Origin: Tubiluchus corallicola
Lineage: Eukaryota; Animalia; Priapulida
Direction of reading: 5' to 3'
Length of the DNA: 64,000 nt
NCBI GenBank assembly: GCA_030141605.1
Contig: JAQGDQ010000461.1
Location: 117,962 to 181,961, forward strand
Shown here: positions 1 through 12,992 of the stretch, piece after piece
Layout: every line of letters starts with the position of its first letter
Numbering within the stretch: the stretch's first letter is position 1
The notes under the pieces: model-generated
Database searches by the model: none
What the model was told of the DNA's origin: nothing
Seen by the model: the letters and a program-made list of their open reading frames with translations, nothing else
Made by a program: the position numbers and the translations under genes

Positions 1-1283
1 GTTTCAACAGATTTATCTATGAACTCAATGACTTTGCGTTCAATCTGTGTACAAACGTCTTTCCGTTGTGGCATAACCTTATCTTTTAACGTATAGTTTT
101 CATTACTAAGGCGATGAATCTCATTTTCTAAATCTTTTAACTTGCCCACAGGTGATATAACATTATCACTCTGAGCAGATAATGCAGATTTCGTTTGTTC
201 TAGTTCTTCCCTAAGGTTCTTCAACTCAAATTGTAGCTCTAAATTTCTATCTTTTTGAAGCAACAAATTTCTTTCCAAAGAAGTATTCTGCAGTGTCAAA
301 TCTTCAATGCAAGTTTTTGAAGCACTTGCAGAATTACTAGCCTGCAGCGATTCCTTGAGGATCCTCAACTCAGACTGTAGCTCTAGATTTCTATCTTTTT
401 GAAGCGACAAATCTCTTTCCAAAGAAGTATTGTGCAACGTTAAATCTTCAATACAAGCTTTTGAAGCACTTATAGAATTACTAGTCTGCGATGATTCACC
501 TTTCTTCAAGCGATTCAGTTCATCATTTTCTTCTTGCAGTTGTTTTACCTTTCTGAGCAACTCATCTTTCTCGATTCTGCTAGAATTTTTGATAGTCTCA
601 TTTATCTGTTGAAGATCCTGTTTTTGGCCCAAAACACTCTGAAACTCCTGTTTTAGCTCTTGCAGTTGGTTATGTACTCCTTGTAACTTAGTAATCTGGA
701 GAGATTTGTCTTGCAAAGTAGATTCCAAATCATTCATCTTCTTCCTGTGCAGATGCTATAAAAACATTAGAATTATTTTTTATAGCTCCAAATTCAAACA
801 CTTTCTTTAATGTATAATCGTTTTTAAAAGAATATGGTGCTCTGCAAGCACTTAATGTCTACATTAATTTAGGTGGTTGGGGTGAGAGCGGAATCTAGCT
901 CATATCATAGATGGGCTTTAAAGATAATTAAACTACATCATATCTATTTAGTCTGATGTTATTACTTTAACCATGCAACAATTTGCATAAAAATCTTTCT
1001 CTATCTCTTTTCACCTCCCCTTTTTCTCTGTTGCCCACCTAACAGCACCACAGCATCCATAAAGGAACTTGTATAAAAAATATAGTGTTAATAGTAATGA
1101 AAAGTACAGTTCTTAAAGTATCAAATAGAGTATCATATGGCTGGAATGGTAGTGAGCACATCAAGAGAAATACACTGTCATAGCAGTCAAATATAGACAA
1201 GTTTTACTAAAAAGAATTATTTCAGTATAGAAAAGGCATTGTATGATTCGTACTTATTGATGAGATAATATATATATATTACC

Positions 1284-1329
<46 letters not shown>

Positions 1330-4300
1330 AGTATCCTGTGGCATCAATAATGAACGTGTGCCACCTGTCAGTCTCTTATTTAGGTAAAACACTACATCAT
1401 ATACACAAATTTCACTTAATGCCAGGACTAACTGCAGTGTTATAAATGCCTCATAATGCTCACAATTAATTAATAACACACTGCTACACTAGGCTAGCGC
1501 CCATTTTTATTATCGTTTCAAAATAGCCATATTAACCTCACGTAATATAAGTGTTTGTAACGAGACTAGTACCAGTCATGATTTTGCCAAGATTATAGCT
1601 TTTCAAAAGTGTCGGCCCCGGTAGTCAATCTGTAGTAATGACACTCAAACAGAATTTCGGCATTACTGTTTCCACAACAAGTACAGGCTACACAGAATTT
1701 CAAACTTGATAATGTTAGACATGGATGGGAAGTGGACTCCATAAATCAATAATGTTGTGTTTGCTGCTGCTAGTCTGCCAGCAGGGCAATTGTACACGTG
1801 TGTGGATTGCAAACCAGACTGCAGTCACATGCAGCATGAATGATTATGTAGTTTTCTAAAAAGAAGACCAAAACACAGTGCTTTTGCATGTGTAGATTGT
1901 TGTCTATTGTCCAGTGTCGATGATTTACTGTACATATCAAAAAAGTACCTGTAAATGTCACTGTTTCATATAAAAAAAAGACTATTGGATACGTGTTTGC
2001 AGTAACATTATATTTGTCAAAGAATTCATTTTGTCATTCACACACTTATTTATCATTACATTTAGTTAGTACAACAGATAAAAACAACTGAAGGGTTGGG
2101 GCCATTACATTAAAAATGACTGTTGCAAATATCAGAAGCCATCGTCAAGAAGAGTTACACCCGAGTAACCTGACTCATTTATTACAATATTTAGAGGCCT
2201 ACAAACAATCTCGTCAGCCAGATGCTATGAAGCTGAACAAGCATTTGTTGTAAGCACCAGTGGCGGCTCATAGCTAAAATTAGTGGGTGCTGCAAAATTA
2301 AAATTTTTTTAGCCATTGTTTTAATACTGTGTAAAATGAAACACACATATGTAATTATAATGTCGTAATTATAATGTTAAACAAATAAACTAATTTAAAC
2401 ACAACCTTGATAAACTCCTAAACAAAAAATGTTATTTTCTTACGAATATATTCTTAAAAATATTTTCTTTCTTTGCTTTATAAACACAAATTATTGTAAT
2501 GTTCGAATGTTTAATTGTACCGTGAGATGGTTTTGTGTCTATGTGAACATAGGTGTGTGAATTACCTCTACGATACGTATTATTTTATATGAGATTGTAT
2601 TTGTAAAAGTGTGCTTCAGCTTTTTAGATTAAAAGTGTGCTTTATTTTTTTTAGATAGGAGTAATGTACGGTAGCTAATATCATTTTTTACTTTATTACT
2701 CGTGTTTTTTATGCACCCCTACAGCACTCGTAGTTCTAATTTTTTGCACCAGACCCATCTGCCTATTAGCAGTGTAACCCAGGCAATCACTGAATGATAT
2801 TTCACATTGTATAATGTATATTATCATTGTTTTATGGTAATTTATATAAACTGCCGCAGTTCAAGAATATGCCGATACACGGCTTTTAAACACGTGACAA
2901 CTGACAACACGTTCTGCAGTGAGCGACAGTACTCCTTCCTAAAGTACAGCGTCTTATCTCAGATATGTGTGCATGACCGCATGCGCACAACAGCCAAACA
3001 CCGCGTTGCTTGGTCTGTGAAGCAAATTGTACTTCCTTCACGTGCTCCAGTTACGCACAAGTATAAAGAAAGAACTAAACAAAAAAGAGTGTATTAAATA
3101 TTATCGAAAATAATGAGTGAAAATAGGGGGTGTTGCACTACCACAGTACCTATACAAGAGCCGCCACTGGTAAGCACTCAGTTTCACACTATGTCAACTG
3201 AGCTCACCGCACATTATGGAGATCGTGCTTTTTAAGACAGCACTACGAGTCTATGTGTCACCAAAGAACTTGTAAGACTTAATAAAACTAGTTGTTATAT
3301 CACTGTAGCTATTTGTACCAGTGACTAATATGTAATACCTATCAATAAAACTGACAAACTAACTGATTACAATAATGAAAATCGTCTTTAAAAGCTTCAC
3401 ATTGCTTTCAGTATTGCTGTTATAATGTATGGAGGCTTCACGATATTTTTATTTCAATTTCAGCAAGTCACTCTAAGTGTTTATTAGCAACTTATGAGTT
3501 TCGATTTTGGTGAGGTCTTGACTATCAATAGGTCAGCCTCGGCCCCGATTTCAATTTCATAATTTTAAATAGGCTGAGAAATTGCAAACACAGTAAAATA
3601 CCTGACTTTCAGATGCTTGCTTTTTAAACGCAGAGAATTCTGTTTCTATTTCAACCAACTGAAGTTTGGAGTCCTTTAGTTCTGCAATCACCCTTTGATT
3701 TTCTGCCTCCAGTCTGTCCTCATCATCTCCTAAGTTACCAAAGTTTATTAGCAAGGCAAAAATGCAACAAAATATAAATTGTACAGCAAAAAATGTAAAG
3801 CATCATAATATAAATTTATCATCATGTCATTACAATTTACGAACAGATTTTTCAATGATATCTACAACTGCTGATTGCAAAAATGTGCAACAATAAAGTG
3901 CTTGTGTCAAAATGAAATGACTGCATGCATGAACAAACTAAATAACTTTGATACACACAAACTACTTCCAATAAACAAAATTATTTTAATACAGTTGGCC
4001 ACATTTTGTACAACTATCAATTACATGAAGCTTGAATTTTCATGCTTGCTGCTGAACTAAATGCTAAAAAGTACAACTGCAAGTGTAGCTTTATGTCATT
4101 GAAAAGATATAGATTATCATACCACACAAAGATATCAAAATAAAAATCAAACTAAGATATTGTGGTATTTCAGATGACTAGAATAAATATGCCCTGGAAA
4201 AGATAAGACAGAATAAAAAATGTGCTGATCAGTTGCTATGTTTCCACCATGTCTGAATTTGTACACACAAATTCTGCTGGGCGTATTTACGAATGACTGC

Positions 4301-6667
4301 CATCTTGGCTTTTACCTTTAGAAAAATATTTAAAAGCAGGTTATACAAATGTTACAGCAATCAACCATAAATGTGTGTGCTAGAAGACTTTAGATGAAAT
4401 CAGACATGGAGGAAATGCTGCGACTGGCAAGTGGTACAACATCTAGTTTAGCACCACCTTTAGCATGGATAACTCTTTGCATTTGTTGCTCCAACTCATC
4501 ATACTGGTATAGTGATTCACTTAGCTAAAACATCAGAAATAAGGTAATCAAATAGTTACAGGTAAGAAACAAGTTAGAATTAGAATTTTTCTAAGTTTAC
4601 CCCCAAAAAGCTGCTCAGTAATAAAGAAGCTTCTGCTTCAGTTACAAACGTACAGGGCAGACTGCATTTGGGCTCTTACAGTAATTTATCGAAAGATTTT
4701 ACTTTTTGTAGATAATTAAAAGAAAGTTCAATGTTGTTTTGTAATGCCTGATGTCTGGATTATGGCATATTGTTTAGAGAGCTCATTTACATGTAAGCAA
4801 ATAGCAATTATGAAAAAAATGTTAATATCAGTTTAAAAAAAACAAGTGTCCACAAAACGCACGATTAAATACACTTTTAGAAAACCAACACGGTGAACAA
4901 ACATTTTCCCAACTCTAACAGGTCAACATGTCGGTTTTATATTATATGTAAACTGTCTTTTCATCTGTGTATATATTTATTATTGCCACAAATTTCTGAA
5001 ACATATTAAAAAATAAAAAATTCCTTAAAACAGCAGCTGTAAAAATGTCAAGTTGAACATTAATAAGTGTTTGTTTACATAGATCTCAAGGTAATTATCA
5101 TTGCTTACTTTATGTGAGAGTTCATCTTTATCAATGAGCAGCTGCCTGTTCTCTTTCTTCAAACTTAACAATGTTGCTTGACTTTTGGCTACCACTTCGT
5201 CTAACTCTGCTCTCTCTATGGCTGATCGTTGGAGCTTGTGGATCAGCTGCCCGTGCTGATAAAGCACCTCGTCACTGAAGAGAAACGATTTTCTAAATCA
5301 TTGGTATCAATAATATCTTACTTTGTTTCCACATCAATGTTCTGACAGAGATGTAGCACAGAAACAAATGTCAAAGGTGAAATAAAATCTTAATAGATTA
5401 TATACCATGTAGGTGAATTAACACATTCAATACAAGTATTAGTGTAAGTTAATGTATATTAAATCCTCTGCAATGAAACTATCCTAACAGCTAAAACATC
5501 CCGGGTTTTTGATATTTTTAAATAACCTAGTGCTTATGTTTTTAAATTTGAAGACGCCTAGTCATAATCACTTTAGCGTGTGTATTAGCAGCACAGGTTT
5601 AATTGAAAAACAAGCACATACCAATGAGATGCATTGTTTCGCAAATGCGAATTCAAGAAAATTATTTTTTATTATGAACTTGACATGACATGAAATTAAT
5701 ATATAAGACTGTACTAAATAAGAAAGTGTTTCCTCGAGGGTTTTTCTGAATTTATTTTCTCAGTTTTTTTTTGTATTAAGCATCAAAAATAAAAAACTGA
5801 ACAAACTTTTCATTTTTCTGTCCTTGACAGTTTTATCAACACAGAATTAATAAAATTGCGGCTGCTGACCACTAACACGCTAATCATTCATACACCATGA
5901 AAAGTACGCAAACAGTTTGCTTTTTAATGCAGCACAATGCTGCTGTTAATGCAGTAAGCTACCAGAAATGGTGTCACACACAGTACTCAAATAAAATTTG
6001 CCAAACTGCCATAGAATTAACCACACATTTAACATAATAAACTGTCTTAGGTTAGGTATCAAATACCATCTTCCAACGACTTCGGGCATTAACACAGACA
6101 ACACGTTTTTATAAGTCATGTAGAGCAACAACAACAAATTTATTCATTGAAACATATTGTTCGTTTAGGTTTTGGCCCCACAAAATGTTTTAGTAAATGA
6201 AGTCTGCCATCGTATTGGCACAGTAAAGCAGAACCCGAGTCTAGTTACAGCACTGCCAAATATTACATATTGTAGCTGTAGTCTGGCTTGAAAACTCTGG
6301 GAAAAAAGCAAATAACGGACTTTTTGTAATGAAGCTTCACATACACCCAGGACAAATGTCAAAGTCATTGTGTGCAACAGATACCATTCTTTTCATGCTC
6401 TACTACTCTATATGAACAATCTACGAACAAAAGTAATTAAAATTTATTTGACTAATCGAACAAAACAATTTAAAACTCAAATTTTCAAATTCAAATGCTT
6501 AGAAAGTGCAACAATTACAATTATGTTTTGCCCTCAAACATGTAAGTGCATGTAAAAAGTGAAACATTGCTGTATTACCCAGATTCCATTACTGTGGGTA
6601 AGCTTGTTATTGGAGTTCCTGCTGTGCCATTATCTGTATCATCTTCCTCAGCCAGTGTCCATTCCAT
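1..6667 (-). CDS. Long coiled-coil protein, 5' portion (gene continues beyond window start); identity unknown
   Basis: Phase-consistent GT-AG exons 6579-6667 (ATG; MEWTLAEEDDTDNG...), 5109-5274, 4458-4524, 3602-3729 and <1-755 splice into one open frame rich in E/K/Q/L heptads (LHRKKMNDLESTLQDKSLQITKLQ...). The ATG exon has an upstream acceptor; a probable 5'UTR exon donor is at ~6842. Confidence 0.8.
219..497 (-). repeat. In-frame 144-bp (48-aa) tandem duplication within coiled-coil exon
   Basis: tgtagctct at 232 and 376; peptides SASKACIEDLTLHNTSLERDLSLQKDRNLELQSEL and SASKTCIEDLTLQNTSLERNLLLQKDRNLELQFEL. Confidence 0.9.
1285..1323. repeat. (TA)n microsatellite
   Basis: Direct TA run in intron. 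Confidence 0.95.
2258..3169. mobile_element. Non-autonomous hAT-type DNA transposon (MITE), 912 bp
   Basis: Perfect 12-bp TIR CAGTGGCGGCTC/GAGCCGCCACTG; perfect 8-bp TSD GTAAGCAC (2250-2257, 3170-3177). The right flank encodes HYGDRAF, suggesting insertion into an old L2/CR1 LINE remnant. Confidence 0.9.
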
Positions 6668-7482
6668 AGTGCGACAAAAGCAGCTAAAAAGAGATTTGAC
6701 ATTGTAAAACCCATGCAGGGTATCCTTTCTAAAACACAAAACTTTTGTTTAGTCAATTCGTAAAAAATTACAGTGAAATAATAGTTGCAGCGAAGTAGTG
6801 AAAAAAATAGTTACAGAGTTACTGATTTTCAAAGATTGAAACCTTGTGATGTCACATGAAGGCAGAAAGCAGTACAGCAGAATCAGAATTTTCGTTTTGT
6901 AAGCAAAATCAAAATCTCCCTCGTATTTCCACTGTTTCTATCCTCCAGGTTCCGGTATCACTATTTCTATTTCTCCCTTTCCAGGTTCCAAAATTTTAAC
7001 AACGTTGACCGTCGTATATTTATACCTCTTGCTGGATTAATAAGTACAAAATTCCCAGCCCCACGCGAAAACAATAAATAATCGGTATGATGTAACGAGC
7101 CCACGACACTATTGTATTGACTGTTGAGTCTGAGTTTGTCAGTTTTCATTTGATGAATTCAAAACGGTGTTTGTCAAACTAACAGTTTATCAGTTTCTCT
7201 CTTTACAGGATCAAAATAGTTTGCCAAACTAAAACTGACAAACAAGTTTAACGAAGAAATTGAACGTCTAAACGACCCTTAAGAGGGGAGCTGACCCAGA
7301 ATTAAGAGTAAGACTATTTGGAGGGGTGATATCTTCATAAAGTGCAGGCTGTTGGTGTTATCAAACGTCACTGCATGTTAAAGAATGGTCAAACTGACAT
7401 GGAGGCTCATATCTAAGATTAAGAGTTAGTTCCTGAATGAAATCACCTAATAGTAATGCATGTGCCGGGCTAAAAAACTGAT

Positions 7483-10078
7483 TGTTGGGAGCGGAGTAGG
7501 ACACTAGAGACCTAAATTGAGTCATTAACTGTACTAGCAGCATCCATTGTTCTTGTTTATTTAATAATAATAATTGAAAATGTCAACACACATTGAATAA
7601 TTTATTATACATCTGATAAAATAATCTTATTCTGAGCTAGTAGAATGGCCTATATTGAATTTGGCTTCGATATTAATATTTTTGAAGTGAAATAAGCCCG
7701 CTTTTAGGCGATTCCAACATTTGCTTACGGTATATCATTTTTTATTTTGTCTCGGTTCACAGACAGGTGATCAGTTTCACTACATCTTGGACAAATAATT
7801 GTTGGCAGTGACTAAAGGTACGGATCCGTATCCAGAACTGCAGCAACTAAAAATACGGATCTGTGTCTCGAAAACATTCACCAGAAAATACGGATTGATC
7901 CGTACAGCGAATCCCCGGTTTGCATATGAAAAACAACAGGATTAGATTAAAAAAACTTTTTTCTTATATTATGCCGAGCTATTAATTTTTTTCTGACATG
8001 AATATGTTTATATTGTCAATTGAATACATATGCGTCTTCCCATTGTAACAGTTTTATCTCACTAATTAGCATTGTTAGTGCTTGAACATTTAATAATGTA
8101 ATGGATTACATAAGTTTTAGGGTACTTGCTTGATGTTAGTTAATATTTCTACTGATAAATACCTTTAAAAAGAATGCGAAAATCCTATTACTGTGCATGC
8201 CGGTTTTAATTTTTGATAATTATAAAATGTTTTTTATTGGAGTTCTGCTGCTTTACATGTAACTTTAAGGAAATTGCAACAACAGTGAACCATTGTCTGC
8301 ATAGTGGCAAAATTATTAGAATTTAATTATTCAGTTAAAGCATTTTTTACAAAATCCAAAATTCTAAAAGATTATTTTGAAGTATCAGAGTGCTTTACTG
8401 CATTACTAAATGAGCATTCTGCACTCACAAGTGCACAATATTTTTTGACAGGGTCTTGGGTCAAAAACTCTTCAAACAAACACTTTACGTACAGCATTAT
8501 TAAACACATAATTACAGCAATAAGTGGTCCTTACATTGGGGCAATAGGCATTTGAGGCCTTTAAGTGGTCGAAATGGTTCAGTAAGGAGTTTTGTAACTG
8601 TTTTTCGGCATTAAGGATACAAACCTTAGGTTTTAATTCACAAACAGAAATTATTGCTTTCTAATCAGCAAATTAACTAGTTTTCATGAACTAGCTTTAT
8701 ACATTACACATAATAAGTCTCAGCCAATTCAAAAGTTTAACCCCGAGGAATCTACGAGAAAGTGAAGTAACTTGATGTTTTAACTCAATATAAAGTGGAT
8801 TAATGTGACAATCGATTGTAATTATACTTATTGTAGCCTTCAGTTAAATGCAAATTTGTAAAATGGCCTTTTTATTTTTTAATACAAATGACGTATAAAA
8901 CACTACAAAAATTGAATTGGAATATGGCGATCACTGATTGTAGTACAGCTTTGATAAGCAAAATAATAAAATAACTAATTAATATGGGACCTGGCTCACA
9001 TAAAGATACTTTAAAATGTTTACAATGACAAACAAAATAATAAACCAAGCAAGTAATAGTGGCAGGTTATAATATTCATAGCATAAATTATTTGGCAACA
9101 GGTGCATGTAATAGTTCAGCTTATAAATTGGACCTACTACATATCACGTAAAGAGTAAAAAATTTTGTTATGTTTGACAAGTCAATAAATCACAACTCAA
9201 ACTAAGGAAAATTACAGTTAGTAGGCTGTCACATTCACAACACTCTATAGAAAAATACAGGCTGGTAGGTCATCATATTACAACACTAAGAAATTCATAA
9301 CACACTAAGATTTAAACACTTGCTAACTGGCCTACTACACATCAAAATACTAAAGTTTTTTGTAACAATAAACAAAATAAAGCAAACAAACTATTAATTG
9401 GTAGCTTATGCGACACACAGCACTATATCAAACCTAACAATTTGCAAGATAATAAAAGGAGACTAACTAATATTTACAGTGCAACTATTATATCACGAAG
9501 AAAAATGGTACCGAAGAAAAACAGTACGGCTACAGGCTGTATAATGCCATATCACCATTTTCATGAAGTGGGCATGTACTTTTCAATGATGTGCAGGGCA
9601 CATAGTCAAACGCCGTATGTCGTAAAAATTGTCAAAATCCATATGTTTTGTAAATGTCACAAAAAGCACGAATTCGTATTTGTTGCAAAAATAGCTATTG
9701 TAGAAAAAACGAGTACGGATCCGTACCTCTACCCACTGCCATAATTCATTGTTTTCTTCTAACTAAATGGGCTAGCGAGCTATGTGCCCTACATAGTTTC
9801 TCTCTTTAAAGCATTATATGCTTAGTTTAATGTTATGATGATATTAATGGAGCTAATATAGTAATAATAATGATGGCATTATTGTAAAAATACATTATAG
9901 ATTATTGTCAACGACTATCCATCATTACTATAAAGTTACTTTTTTTCTAAAACAAACTTAGTGTTATGTATTATGTCTTAATTCTCGACAGAAATTGTCA
10001 GTGCCCTACTTGGGCTACCCATGTACGACACTGTTTTTCCACAAATTCAGCAGATGCGCTTTACTCCGCGCCCCTACA
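7483..10078. mobile_element. TGT...ACA MITE family A, copy 1 (carries nested element 7804-9740)
   Basis: Termini TGTTGGGAGCGGAGTA ... TACTCCGCGCCCCTACA; 5-bp TSD CTGAT on both sides; body homologous to the copies at 10260, 26187 and 53074. Confidence 0.88.
7804..9740. mobile_element. 1.9-kb non-autonomous DNA transposon with GG termini and ~9-bp TSD (Mutator/Merlin-like), nested in family A copy 1
   Basis: ~27-bp imperfect TIR GGCAGTGACTAAAGGTACGGATCCGTA / TACGGATCCGTACCTCTACCCACTGCC. It interrupts the family A sequence at ATAATTGTT, which reappears (as ATAATTcaTTGTT) on the right. No transposase ORF seen. Confidence 0.75.
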
Positions 10079-10259
10079 CTGATCATCTTCATCATATGTC
10101 TGTTACGTCTATTGTAGACATTGGGCAGGCAGTACTCTAAAATAAAAGAAATCTGCCCTTCAGACAGGTAAACACAGCAATAATCCACCAAAAAACTAGC
10201 CACTGCTATACCAATAGCTTGTCGGCAGTCACCACCACTAATCTTTTAAAAAACTGAGG

Positions 10260-11115
10260 TGTTGGGCGCCGAGTAAACCACTAGCCGAAGTAGGATAATT
10301 CGCGTACAAGAGCTAGTCCAAGTAGGACGCGTCGTACATGGGCTGCCCAAGTAGGACACTAGAGACAGGTCGCGAATTGAGTTGTTAAGCGTACTGGCAC
10401 CGTCCGTTGCCTTGTTTATGTAATAATAATAATAATTAAAAACGTCAATACACGTTGAATAATTTATTATACATCTAGTAAAATAAAAGAATTTTAATTC
10501 TGAATTTTAATTTTAATAATTGTATTTAAATTAATTTTAATACAAATAATTGTATTAGTTCTAGCGTTCTAAGTAAGCGTTTTAGCGACCTATGTGCTCT
10601 ACATGGGCTAGCGAGCCATATACGACGGGCCTTGCATGTTGCAATACTATTGATATTATTAAAACTAATTGTACATGTTTTCATAAAAAGTTAAAAATTA
10701 ATTGTTTGTGTTGTGAAGGCTTAGCAGAGCAGCAGCTGTCTCATTTTTAAACTTGCAATTATTTCTGTAATAATTGTGTGCATAGTTTCTCTCTTTAAAG
10801 CATCAGATACTTAGTTTAATGTTATGATGATTTTAATGGAGCTAATAATACTGATGATACTATTGTAAAAAATACATTAATTTTGTAAATTGTCATCCAT
10901 CATTATTACAAATAATCTATCATTACTATAAAGTTATTTTTTTGTAAAACAAATTTAGTTTTACGTTTTATTATGTCATCATAATTCTCGATTCTCGACA
11001 AAAATCGCCAGTGCCCTACTTGGGCTGCCGCGTACGACACTGCTTTTCCGCAAATTTAGCACGAGTTTTACCGGAAATGTCCTACTTCGGCTAGTGGATT
11101 ACTCGGCGCCCTACG
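10260..11115. mobile_element. TGT...ACA MITE family A, copy 2
   Basis: TIR TGTTGGGCGCCGAGTAAACCACTAGCCGAAGTAGGA ... TCCTACTTCGGCTAGTGGATTACTCGGCGCCCTACG; 5-bp TSD TGAGG (10255-10259, 11116-11120). Confidence 0.9.
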
Positions 11116-12627
11116 TGAGGAATTTCTACGATGTGAGCAAAGTATACACAATAAAGTAGGGAAAGTCCTTCTGCGCAGTAGTTCGCGCAGTTAGTGTCGC
11201 CCTAGCGGCTATTCAGTGCGGCCTGTTGTTGTCAGGTACGCAACAGCGCAGGCTGTGGGTACACTGTAGCAGATGAATTGATGAGACCATCAAAACCAGC
11301 CCGGTTAACAGGCGCTCATAAATTGCTCAGCAGTGAGTTGCAAAAACACAAAAAGATATCTTTTTAAATTTCGCAAGGATGCAGCCAGGTAATTATAATA
11401 AAATGTTAATTATAACACAGTTTTGAAACTTTTGTTACTAGTTAAATATTTTGTACGCTAAGCAAAGACTGCAAGGCCTACATCTCTCTTTTTTGGCGAT
11501 TTATAGCAGCTGTTATCTTTTTGAATATTATTTAAAGTAAGCATAAGGCGTTAAGAATAATTTGTAGTTAAAATAAAAATTATTATAATCATATCTCATA
11601 AAAATTAATAGGCTTATTTACAAAAGAAGTTAAGAAAGTTGATCAAAAGAAAGAATACCTGGCTCATGTAGTATTCGATTTCTGGAGAAATATTTTTTCT
11701 AAAAAACATTTCTATTTCATATGTTCTTATCAGGAAATATAACTTGAAGATATATTAGGCCTGACTTTCATGTGTAATACCTTTCATAGAAAAAAATCGA
11801 TTTTTTCAGAAGAGCAAATAATTTTCCAGAACATAACTTAATCTAAACATCTGCATGTTTTGTTAATTCCAAGTTAAAAAATGTTTAAAAAGCATATAAT
11901 CATACATTGGCCTTTGTTATGAGTTGGAGTTAGTTATAAAATTACGTTGAACAAGCAGAGATGTATTTACAACATTACTCCTCTTTTTTATTATCAGTGA
12001 ACAAAAAATAACTGAAGGAAACATCAGAGCTGTCATCCTAAGCAGCGGACATAACTTCCACCTCTATAACAACCAACTAACCATGTCAAAACCTAGTTAA
12101 AGAATTCAGGCGAGAAGCATAAATTAGAATCTGCACGCGTGTCATAATACCTTATAATATCATGTGCAGACATTACTTATATTTGGCCTAATTTTTTAAG
12201 ATTCAGTTAGGCTTACATCAAAATAAATGTTCATTAAATACAGTTTGCTTACATGTAAAAAATGTACTTGTGTAATGTTCTTTTGTTTTGTTTATTAATT
12301 AGACTCTTTAGTATTATTTTAATGCATGTACTTTGCAGCTTGATTCAGTTCCCTATTTGAAAGTTTGTTTAAATTTCTGTTTGGCTAGCTTGCTTTTCAT
12401 TTTATTTAGTTTGTTTTTTATTATTTTTATTTAGTATTATTGTTATTATTTTGCATGTTTTTCTCATATTGAGTTATGCATGGACAATATGACAGCTTGA
12501 ATTTGGTCATTTTTTGCACTAATGTTTTTCTTTTGCTAATAGGTACATTACGGTACCATTACGACCTTTGTTACTTTATTAGTAAGGTATAAATCAATTT
12601 AAATGAAATTATTTATTCATCGCCGCC

Positions 12628-12792
12628 TATATCAAAATCGTAATTACATATTAAGTTTTCCTCATGTTTCCTCTTGCTGTTCATTACATCTTTTACTTTA
12701 TTTCAAAATTATTTCAATATTTATATCAAAATCGTAATTCCATATTGTGTTTTTCTTATGTTTCCTTGCTATTATTACATCATTTACTTTAT
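12628..12792. repeat. Degenerate ~94-bp tandem duplication
   Basis: tatatcaaaatcgtaatt(a/c)catatt...tttacttta occurs twice. Confidence 0.7.
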
Positions 12793-12863
12793 TACATCAA
12801 TTTCATTGAGTCATCTACAAAAGCACGCATATCTTTAATAATTTTTTCATTTTCATTTAAGTA

Positions 12864-12992
12864 AGGTGAGTGTGTTAATGACCGTATGGTCGTACACTCA
12901 CCTCACACTACTCAAATTATTTTATTTATTGTTTATTTATGTGTACAATATTGTATTTTGATGTGTGAAATAAAATTCATAGTTCATAGTTC
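12864..12992 (+). mobile_element. Probable 3' end of an L2/CR1-type LINE or derived SINE
   Basis: Stem-loop AGGTGAGTGT..GACC-GTAT-GGTC..ACACTCACCT followed by AATAAA and a (TTCATAG)n tail. Confidence 0.5.

Noticed and set aside
11191-11210. CTCF site (GCCGCTAGGGCGACACTA on minus)
   Set aside because: Core deviates from the CCRCYAGRKGGCR consensus; unsupported without data.
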